Assembly (NCBI GenBank): GCA_014435945.1
Contig: GCA_014435945.1_4088.1
Origin: a phage
DNA: 64,000 nucleotides
Reading direction: 5' to 3' (one strand)
Each line of letters starts with the position of its first letter. Positions within the stretch are counted from its first letter, which is position 1. Below, in pieces: positions 9,309-16,951 of this stretch. The notes under the pieces were generated by a model. It worked only from the letters and a program-made list of their open reading frames with translations. It was not told the origin of the DNA and searched no databases. The position numbers were made by a program, and so were the translations under genes.

Positions 9309-9526
9309 AGAAAATCGAACGCTACCAAAACCATACAGTTGTGACTGAAGATGATATATTTTATTATTATATTTTCAGACCCACACACTGTTTACAAATA
9401 ACGACATATGAGAATGGTAAATTCAAAGATGTCAACTTCCATATAACAGATTTAGCAAAATATTCCAGTACTGAATACTTTAGTAATTTAGTGTTTGTGT
9501 ACTGTATACCACATCATAACATTTAA
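9305..9526 (+). CDS. hypothetical protein
   Basis: In-frame ATG overlapping upstream stop; 73 aa. Confidence 0.35.
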   Translation: MKKIERYQNHTVVTEDDIFYYYIFRPTHCLQITTYENGKFKDVNFHITDLAKYSSTEYFSNLVFVYCIPHHNI

Positions 9527-9536
9527 GGAGTCAACT

Positions 9537-9896
9537 GTGGCTAAAACTATTTCTTTAAAAAATGAAAATGTAGGACAACGCAAAGATGGGTTCTTTGGAT
9601 TCTCATGGACAACATTGTTCTTTGGTCCGTTCCCTGCATTGTTTCGTGGTGACTTTATTACGTTCATCGGTGCATTTGTAATTTACTTCATCCTCAACGC
9701 AGTGTCTTTTTGGATTGTGGGTACAATTGCAATGGTCGTGTGGGCATTTCTTTATAATAAGTACTACACTGTGAATCTCATCAAGAATGGGTATAAATTC
9801 AATGGTACACATGAAGAAAATGCTGAAGCTGCAATGGCGTTACAAATTGATCTAAACAAAAACAATACTGTAGATAAAAACAAAGAACCAGAATAA
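9537..9896 (+). CDS. DUF2628-like membrane protein
   Basis: GTG 7 nt after AAGGAG; FGFSWTTLFFGPFPALFRGDF motif and two TM helices, as recalled for DUF2628. Confidence 0.45.
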   Translation: MAKTISLKNENVGQRKDGFFGFSWTTLFFGPFPALFRGDFITFIGAFVIYFILNAVSFWIVGTIAMVVWAFLYNKYYTVNLIKNGYKFNGTHEENAEAAMALQIDLNKNNTVDKNKEPE

Positions 9897-10115
9897 ATGG
9901 ATCAGTATGAGATAACTTACGATTATTATGGTAAGGCTTATATGAAGTGTGGTCGTTTTGTTGAACTATCAAATAGAGAAGCAATCGACCCACAAACCAT
10001 TATATCCATCCATAACTCGTACTATAAAAAAATTACCATAGCTAATTTTGCAACATACGTAGATAATCCTATATTTCCGTATATCATTCATTTCTATTGT
10101 AGAGCTATAAAATAA
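9897..10115 (+). CDS. hypothetical protein
   Basis: 72-aa ORF immediately after upstream stop. Confidence 0.35.
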   Translation: MDQYEITYDYYGKAYMKCGRFVELSNREAIDPQTIISIHNSYYKKITIANFATYVDNPIFPYIIHFYCRAIK

Positions 10116-10125
10116 GGTAAAAAAA

Positions 10126-10536
10126 ATGTTAGCCGATGATTTTATGTCTCTAAGTATCAAGATATTTGATATATTAGGTGATGAAATAGATTTCCATCTA
10201 AATGATAAAACTATACCACACGAAGATGGTGGGTATTTTTTCGCATTTGGTAATAAGTTCAATGTTGATTTTTCAATTCCGGTTCCTGATGGAAGTGATT
10301 ATGCAGCATCAACATATTTTGAATTTCAGTTCAGTGGTCATACCGAGCGTTTACTAACATATAGACGTAAAGGAAATTTCAGTAGACCAGAGATTATATT
10401 AATGGATTTTGAAAAACGCATAGAACTTGCAAAGAATAATCCATTCATCAGTACTTATGCGTTAAACCAATTCATTGATCTATTTGATGGATATCCAGAC
10501 AGAATACGAGGGTCGTTACGTATAAATGCAGAATGA
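10126..10536 (+). CDS. hypothetical protein
   Basis: 136-aa ORF. Confidence 0.45.
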   Translation: MLADDFMSLSIKIFDILGDEIDFHLNDKTIPHEDGGYFFAFGNKFNVDFSIPVPDGSDYAASTYFEFQFSGHTERLLTYRRKGNFSRPEIILMDFEKRIELAKNNPFISTYALNQFIDLFDGYPDRIRGSLRINAE

Positions 10537-10711
10537 AATCTTTAAAAAAGAATACGATGGTGAAAGTCTATATGATATTCAGCGAGACGTACATGAAGCA
10601 TTCGATTCAAGATTTAACCCATTAGCTGGACAAATCCCACAAGATGAGTTTGGTTTCCAAGAAGGCACATTTACAGTGACTATTACATGGAGTCCAGATG
10701 AGACTAGCTAA
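10526..10711 (+). CDS. hypothetical protein
   Basis: 61-aa ORF overlapping upstream stop. Confidence 0.3.
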   Translation: MQNEIFKKEYDGESLYDIQRDVHEAFDSRFNPLAGQIPQDEFGFQEGTFTVTITWSPDETS

Positions 10712-10771
10712 ACTTGTAATCGGATGCAGTGCAATTGCTGCATATATGTTTTTTGCCGCTCCAACCAATGT

Positions 10772-10810
10772 AGTACTGCTAATTTGGGCAGTTTTTATAT
10801 TAGCAGTACT
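10772..10810. repeat. 12-bp perfect inverted repeat, each arm containing AGTACT
   Basis: AGTACTGCTAAT (10772-10783) and ATTAGCAGTACT (10799-10810) are exact reverse complements with a 15-nt spacer. Confidence 0.8.
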
Positions 10811-10813
10811 TTA

Positions 10814-10836
10814 AAGCACCCTAGTGGTGCTTTTTC
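10814..10836 (+). terminator. intrinsic terminator
   Basis: AAGCACC-ctagt-GGTGCTT hairpin followed by T-run. Confidence 0.65.
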
Positions 10837-10973
10837 TATTTGTACAAATATAAAGCAATGTGACCTTTCCTTGATATAGGTCAAGAGAAATACCCTGTTC
10901 TGACGCTATAATGGTGTCTGGTGATGTTAAATAACTTCACCCCCAGATGATTTCAAAATACAAGGAAAGTAAA

Positions 10974-12779
10974 ATGCAATTAGATAAATTATATACTGAC
11001 GTAACAAATTTCCTAAATCAGAGCAATACTGATCTTACAAATGAAAATGCAAACAAAGATGCGAAATGCGTCAATACACACAGGGATTTACTTGCTGGTA
11101 TCCTATCTAAGCATTATTCACAAGATGTTATTCCAAAGGAGCTAATGCAGTGGCATAATGATGGTTATGGTCACATTCATGATTTAGACTACTATATCAG
11201 CCCATTAACTAACTGTTGCTTGGTTAACTACCCAGATATGCTAAAAAATGGATTTACCATTGGTTGTGCCAAAATTGAAGAACCAAAGAGTTTTAGTGTA
11301 GCATGTACAGTACTGACACAAATTGTACAAGCTGTTGCTAGTTCCCAGTACGGTGGTCAATCGTTGGCTCATATCGACGTTGGTCTTGAACCTTACGTCC
11401 AAAAGTCGTGGGATAAGCTATTAGCGAAGCAAAAGGCATATAATCTCAGTACTGAATACATTGAGGAAGAATTACGAAAAGAAGTCTATGATGGGTGTCA
11501 AACCTTACTTTACCAGACAAATTCAATGATTAGTACAAACGGACAAGCAGCATTCATTTCTCTTAGTTTAGGACTGAATACTTCAAAATTTGGAAAATTA
11601 ATCACTGAACAGTACTTAAAAGTACATGAGAATGGTTTAGGCAAAGATAAGATTACTCCAGTGTTTCCTAAAGTAATTTTCTTTTTACAGGACGGAATCA
11701 ACATGAATAGCGATGATTGCAACTATGACATGAAACAGTTGGCAATGCGTTGTGCATCGAAGAGAATCTATCCAGACTTCGTTTCTGTACCGTTAAATCA
11801 CAAAGTGACAGGAAGTAGTAGCACAGCAGTAACTCCGATGGGTTGCCGTTCATTTTTAGGAAAATGGGAAGATTCCAATGGTAATGAGCAATACAACGGT
11901 CGTTTCAACTTAGGCGTGGTTTCCATCAATTTACCACTAATTGCTCTTGAAAGTGCATCAGATGGAGATTTTTTTGATAAAATAGACGAGCATATGAATA
12001 TTGCATATCGTGCTCAGATGAACCGTGTAGAGCGTTTAAAAGGCACAAAAGCGAAGCAGAATCCAATTTTGTTCATGGAAGGTGCACTTTCACGTTTAGG
12101 GGCTGAAGAAACGATTGACAAGCTATTTTATAACGGATATGCTAGTATTAGTATTGGTTACGTTGGTTTAGTTGAATGTTCAGAAATTCTGACTGGTTCT
12201 ATCAGTAAGGAGTTCTGCATGTCAGTTCTGAATTATATGAAAGTTAAATGCGATGAGTTCAAAAAAGAGAGTAACATAGCTTTTAGTCTATATGGAACCC
12301 CAGCAGAGTCACTTTGCTACAAATTTGCACGTTGCATCGAATCTAAGTATCCTTCAGTACTAAAACGTGATTACATCACAAATTCCTTCCACCAACCAGT
12401 ATGGGTAGCAAGTTCACCATTTGATAAGTGGAGTTACGAAGAGGGTTTTGCTTACCTCAGTAATGGTGGAAACATCAGTTATGTTGAATCACCCAACCTA
12501 AGTAACAATATTCAAGCACTTGAGACTTTAGTCAATTACGCTTACACAAAGATCCCATATTTTGGTATCAACCAGCCAATTGACCAGTGTTACGAGTGTG
12601 GGTATAAAGGTGAGTTCAGTGTGGATAAACACGGTTTTCATTGTCCAGTATGTGATAATCGCAATGAGAAGACAATCTCAGTGATTCGTCGTGTTTCTGG
12701 ATATTTGGGGAACCCATCGTCTCGTGGATTCAACAAAGGCAAACAACAAGAATGTTGTGAGCGTATACAACACAAATAA
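10974..12779 (+). CDS. nrdD: anaerobic ribonucleoside-triphosphate reductase (class III)
   Basis: C-terminal glycine-radical motif RRVSGYLG and CxxC..CxxC zinc ribbon; ATG after AAGGAAAG (ORF track started at 10947). Confidence 0.9.
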   Translation: MQLDKLYTDVTNFLNQSNTDLTNENANKDAKCVNTHRDLLAGILSKHYSQDVIPKELMQWHNDGYGHIHDLDYYISPLTNCCLVNYPDMLKNGFTIGCAKIEEPKSFSVACTVLTQIVQAVASSQYGGQSLAHIDVGLEPYVQKSWDKLLAKQKAYNLSTEYIEEELRKEVYDGCQTLLYQTNSMISTNGQAAFISLSLGLNTSKFGKLITEQYLKVHENGLGKDKITPVFPKVIFFLQDGINMNSDDCNYDMKQLAMRCASKRIYPDFVSVPLNHKVTGSSSTAVTPMGCRSFLGKWEDSNGNEQYNGRFNLGVVSINLPLIALESASDGDFFDKIDEHMNIAYRAQMNRVERLKGTKAKQNPILFMEGALSRLGAEETIDKLFYNGYASISIGYVGLVECSEILTGSISKEFCMSVLNYMKVKCDEFKKESNIAFSLYGTPAESLCYKFARCIESKYPSVLKRDYITNSFHQPVWVASSPFDKWSYEEGFAYLSNGGNISYVESPNLSNNIQALETLVNYAYTKIPYFGINQPIDQCYECGYKGEFSVDKHGFHCPVCDNRNEKTISVIRRVSGYLGNPSSRGFNKGKQQECCERIQHK

Positions 12780-12787
12780 GGTACATT

Positions 12788-13114
12788 ATGGATTTAAAGC
12801 CAATTGTGGTTAACAAATATAAAGAACCGTATGATGTGTATATCGGGCGTGGGTCTAAATGGGGAAACCCATTTACCCATATCAGTGATAAACAGACCAA
12901 AGCCGAGTTCATTGTTGCTACAAGGGAAGAATCAATCGAAAAGTTCAGAGAATACATTATTGAGCGTATTTCTAATGGAGAAGTTAAGATTGATGATTTA
13001 CTTGAGTTAGCAGGGAAACGTCTTGGCTGTTTCTGTAAACCGAAATCATGTCATGGTGATGTTCTCGTTGAGATAGTGAGTGCAATATTAGATGAATTAC
13101 CAGACGATAATTAA
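12788..13114 (+). CDS. DUF4326-like protein
   Basis: YIGRGSKWGNPF and CFCKPKSCHGDVL motifs, recalled from memory as DUF4326 signatures; sits between nrdD and nrdG. Confidence 0.45.
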   Translation: MDLKPIVVNKYKEPYDVYIGRGSKWGNPFTHISDKQTKAEFIVATREESIEKFREYIIERISNGEVKIDDLLELAGKRLGCFCKPKSCHGDVLVEIVSAILDELPDDN

Positions 13115-13562
13115 AGACGACCTTATTAATGGGGAGGGAGTAAGATGCTCCCTTTTTGTTAGTGGGTGCAGTCATGGGTGTGCCGGATGCTTCAACGAAG
13201 AAGCATGGGATTATAGAAGTGGACAAGAGTTCAGTACTGATACAATTGATATAATTTTAGCTGAACTCAGTAAGCCTTACGTTAGTGGATTATCCCTCCT
13301 TGGTGGAGATCCTCTAATGAAAAAGAACATAGAAACAATTTTAGAACTATGTAAGATTGTAAAAGAGACTTATCCCAATAAAACTATTTGGTGCTGGAGT
13401 GGATATACTTTAGAAGAGATTATGAATAATCATGCTAAAGACATTCTTCAGTACTTAGATGTATTAGTTGATGGTAAATTTGTTTCAGAAGAAAAGAATT
13501 TAACATTACCATTTCGTGGTTCAAATAACCAACGAATTTTATATAAAAATAAAGACTTTTAA
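13092..13562 (+). CDS. nrdG: anaerobic ribonucleotide reductase activating protein (radical SAM)
   Basis: Cys cluster CSLFVSGCSHGCAGCFN; immediately downstream of nrdD; start overlaps upstream gene. Confidence 0.85.
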   Translation: MNYQTIIKDDLINGEGVRCSLFVSGCSHGCAGCFNEEAWDYRSGQEFSTDTIDIILAELSKPYVSGLSLLGGDPLMKKNIETILELCKIVKETYPNKTIWCWSGYTLEEIMNNHAKDILQYLDVLVDGKFVSEEKNLTLPFRGSNNQRILYKNKDF

Positions 13563-13567
13563 ACACA

Positions 13568-13590
13568 AGCACCCAATGGGTGCTTTTTTA
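13568..13590 (+). terminator. intrinsic terminator
   Basis: AGCACCC-aat-GGGTGCT hairpin followed by TTTTTT; same stem family as the 10814 terminator. Confidence 0.7.
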
Positions 13591-13597
13591 TTACATT

Positions 13598-13605
13598 CAT
13601 AAATA
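13598..13605 (+). promoter_or_regulatory. possible T4-type late promoter-like element
   Basis: CATAAATA (7/8 to TATAAATA) 34 nt upstream of the first fiber gene. Confidence 0.25.
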
Positions 13606-13638
13606 CAGTAACTAATATCTAAATTACAAGGGATATGT

Positions 13639-16335
13639 ATGTCAAAGAAAATATATGGTGGCTTAGACGTCACTCATAATGTGACAGTTAAAGGGAAAAG
13701 AACAGTACAGGGCATCAATGATCAAGTATTTGATGCTAATGGTAATATGGAAATTGATACATATTCCAAAGAAGAATTACTTGATGTAATTAGTTTACTT
13801 CCAATCTCGCATTATGGTACACATAACTATCTACCTGCTGGGGTATCTGGTGATTTTAATGGTGCATCAGAAAACCAATCCCAACGTAGAAACAAAATAC
13901 TTTTAGAAAACGATGGCACATTAGTACTATTACGTAGTGGTACAAACGGTAGTGTTGAAGGTTTGTTTTATTCTTACCTAGCGAACGCATTATCCGTTAC
14001 CGATATGAGCCGTACTGTTAATACAAGCCGTCAGTATAAGCCTGGCTATTTTGGGGCAAACCGTGTTGCTATTGGTTTATACAATACCGATTCAAAAATA
14101 CTGTTAGGTCGTTACAATGACACATCTACCAATACTAATGGGTTGTTTATATCAGTAACGAATGGTACATTGGATGATACACAACATAGTGGTCTTTTTG
14201 TGAACCAAGCTGATATTTCACCTGAAGGTGGGATTGAGTATGCTATGATGGCAGAAGACGGTTCAGTTTATGTATTCAACGTCCTTAATGAAAATAACAA
14301 ACTACAGATTGTTGTTGTTCGTGTTGTATTGAATATTGCAAACGGTACTTATACTGCTACCCGAATCACGGGGTGGACAACAAAAACTTTTTATAATACT
14401 ACATATACTGCTCAGAATAATATGATCATTACTGACCATGTTAACTCAACTAATATTGCTGATAAGCCCTATGTCTATGTACCACAAAATTTGGCTGGTA
14501 TGGGGATTTATATGACATCTATCGATTTATATGTTGCTCAGGAGCCAGGAACGCAGAACTTCCGATTCAGAATGAATGGTGACGCATGGTTCACTATGGC
14601 AAACTACAATACCCGACCACAGCATAGTTATAGTTTCAATTTTAACATGAGTACTAAACAATGTAACTTGGATAATGGGAACGATATTGGTACATTTGCT
14701 GCACCATTTGTTGTTACAAACACAGGTTCGGCATTGGTTGCTACTGGTAATGTTCTCAACAACGATCCGTTATATGACCATAGCGGTGCAAGAAACATTT
14801 ACAGTTCATATTATTATTTGAATACAGGTGAAGTATTCTGTACTGCATGTCCAAACTTAGCAGAACCATTACTTATGCAGAAAGCTAAATTTACTGCACA
14901 ATCAATATATAGCATGATTAATGTACGTGCGAACATTTCAACTGATTTCAGAAATGGCATAGTTCGTCCTTCATTTGGTTCAGCAGTTGGTTCTTTTATT
15001 AACGGCGTAGAATTGCTTCCAGGGAACAGTACTAAACAGTATTCTCGTTCAACTGGTTCTGGTGCATTCCGTCCATCTTATGCAGTTCATAAAAGTACTC
15101 CTAACTTTACGTTTAATTCTTTATCACGTGGAACCATACAAGGTTATGAGCCAACAACAGAACGTGCTAATGTGACAGATAACACGAACAACAGAGTTTT
15201 TATTAGTTCCATTAGTGGTAATAATGTTACTACAAATGGTGGGATATTCATGGTAGGTCAGAGATATTCCCAATCACTATCATATGATAAAAATATGAAC
15301 GGAACTGGTATCATTAGTGTTACTCAATCTGTACTTGATAATTTCAGAAATGCTGAATACGCTAAAGTACTAAGCGACTGGAACTTATCTTCTGCTGCTT
15401 ATAAAGATATGACATTGTTTGTTCCACAACAAACTGATATACCTGCATTCGTAATGCTAAGTACAGTTACAAATACATATCAGAACTATATTAGAATTGC
15501 TGAAGTGAATGTGAATACACGTTCAGGTAATATCACTACAATTACCTTCAAGCGTTTAGTACTAGAAAACGTTTACGGAAGTAACTTTACACCAAATGGT
15601 AATGGTAGTTTTGCATCGTCTTCTGTTGGTTTAACAATATATGATGGTGGTTCTTTCTACTTCATAGGTGGTTCTGACCCATTATCTCACCCAACTATAG
15701 GTAATACAAGTACACATCAATTTAGAGCATATGTAACAAAAGCTACTGCACAATTTGATAGTTTTATTATCAGTGGTTCACATGCAAGTTATGAGCAAGG
15801 TATTCAACCAGCAGCTTTACCTGGTATTGGTTTTGGTTATTTCCAAGCAATAGACTATGTAAACAAAATGACTTTCCAAAAATGTGGTACTACAATTGCT
15901 GATTATAATAACTGGACTGCTCAAGGTGCACCGATTAACGTAGTTTCACAAGACGTTGCTCAAGGTTTTATTGTGTACTTCACAGAAGAAACTCCAGTAA
16001 TTCTTTCTGGTAAAGCATTTACATTACCGATTACTAGTATAAACTTAACTACAGTTAAGGCTAATCCAGCAAACACATTATTTCATGTATATGTTAAAAT
16101 GGAACAAGGTAATGCAAAATATGTAATAACAACTGATGTTATTTCAGAGACTGGTACTACAGCATATAATATTTTCTGGATAGGTACTATACAAACAAAC
16201 TCACTACAAATATCAAATGTTAACATACAAAAACGTTCAAGATTGGATATTTTCGGTGCGTCTCTTGAAGCTGCTGGTTCTTCATTCCCAGTTAGTTATG
16301 GTCTACCGTCACAAACAGGAACAATCAATTGGTAA
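13639..16335 (+). CDS. tail fiber / receptor-binding protein, paralog 1
   Basis: 898-aa S/T/N/G-rich protein; shares N-terminal LPISHYG module and C-terminal GSSFPVSYGLPSQTGTINW module with 16348 and 16952. Confidence 0.55.
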   Translation: MSKKIYGGLDVTHNVTVKGKRTVQGINDQVFDANGNMEIDTYSKEELLDVISLLPISHYGTHNYLPAGVSGDFNGASENQSQRRNKILLENDGTLVLLRSGTNGSVEGLFYSYLANALSVTDMSRTVNTSRQYKPGYFGANRVAIGLYNTDSKILLGRYNDTSTNTNGLFISVTNGTLDDTQHSGLFVNQADISPEGGIEYAMMAEDGSVYVFNVLNENNKLQIVVVRVVLNIANGTYTATRITGWTTKTFYNTTYTAQNNMIITDHVNSTNIADKPYVYVPQNLAGMGIYMTSIDLYVAQEPGTQNFRFRMNGDAWFTMANYNTRPQHSYSFNFNMSTKQCNLDNGNDIGTFAAPFVVTNTGSALVATGNVLNNDPLYDHSGARNIYSSYYYLNTGEVFCTACPNLAEPLLMQKAKFTAQSIYSMINVRANISTDFRNGIVRPSFGSAVGSFINGVELLPGNSTKQYSRSTGSGAFRPSYAVHKSTPNFTFNSLSRGTIQGYEPTTERANVTDNTNNRVFISSISGNNVTTNGGIFMVGQRYSQSLSYDKNMNGTGIISVTQSVLDNFRNAEYAKVLSDWNLSSAAYKDMTLFVPQQTDIPAFVMLSTVTNTYQNYIRIAEVNVNTRSGNITTITFKRLVLENVYGSNFTPNGNGSFASSSVGLTIYDGGSFYFIGGSDPLSHPTIGNTSTHQFRAYVTKATAQFDSFIISGSHASYEQGIQPAALPGIGFGYFQAIDYVNKMTFQKCGTTIADYNNWTAQGAPINVVSQDVAQGFIVYFTEETPVILSGKAFTLPITSINLTTVKANPANTLFHVYVKMEQGNAKYVITTDVISETGTTAYNIFWIGTIQTNSLQISNVNIQKRSRLDIFGASLEAAGSSFPVSYGLPSQTGTINW

Positions 16336-16347
16336 AGGATTAATCTT

Positions 16348-16935
16348 ATGGCATATATTATAAGATCCGATATCGAAGCTATGTCACAAATCGTAGTCCA
16401 GAATAAAAACACTGGACTATCTATTAGTGATATTAATGACGTATCGTATCGAACAGACGCAAATGGGGAATGTACATTCCCCCTCTTAACAAAAGATGAA
16501 GTTGATTCTATTGTTAACGGTTTACCATTATCACAATATGGTGAACTTTATGATGTATCTAGTTTGTCAATTACATCAAGCGGTTATTCATTACGTTTTA
16601 ACCGAGAGATACCTGCATTCATCGGTGGCTATCTTTATAATTACCCTGTTGTTGCAGTGACAGCACCAACAGTTGTATCAGGAACACAAACACAATATGT
16701 ATACGCTACTTTAGTACTGGGTGAGCCAATTTATAGAATCTCAACTTCACAATTACAAGAATCACAGATTATAATGTTCATCGGGACTATTACCGTTGGA
16801 ACTTCTGGTATTACTGCTATCAACATTGAACGCGTATCACGATTCAATACATACAGACCAAGTACAACACAAAAAGGTTCATCTTTCCCAGTCAGTACTG
16901 GAAATCCAACACAAACTGGTACATTAGGCTGGTAA
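16348..16935 (+). CDS. mini fiber paralog (N- and C-terminal fiber modules only)
   Basis: 195 aa; LPLSQYG N-terminal module and RFNTYRPSTTQKGSSFPVSTGNPTQTGTLGW C-terminus matching flanking fibers. Confidence 0.4.
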   Translation: MAYIIRSDIEAMSQIVVQNKNTGLSISDINDVSYRTDANGECTFPLLTKDEVDSIVNGLPLSQYGELYDVSSLSITSSGYSLRFNREIPAFIGGYLYNYPVVAVTAPTVVSGTQTQYVYATLVLGEPIYRISTSQLQESQIIMFIGTITVGTSGITAINIERVSRFNTYRPSTTQKGSSFPVSTGNPTQTGTLGW

Positions 16936-16951
16936 TTAAAGGAAAAAGAAT

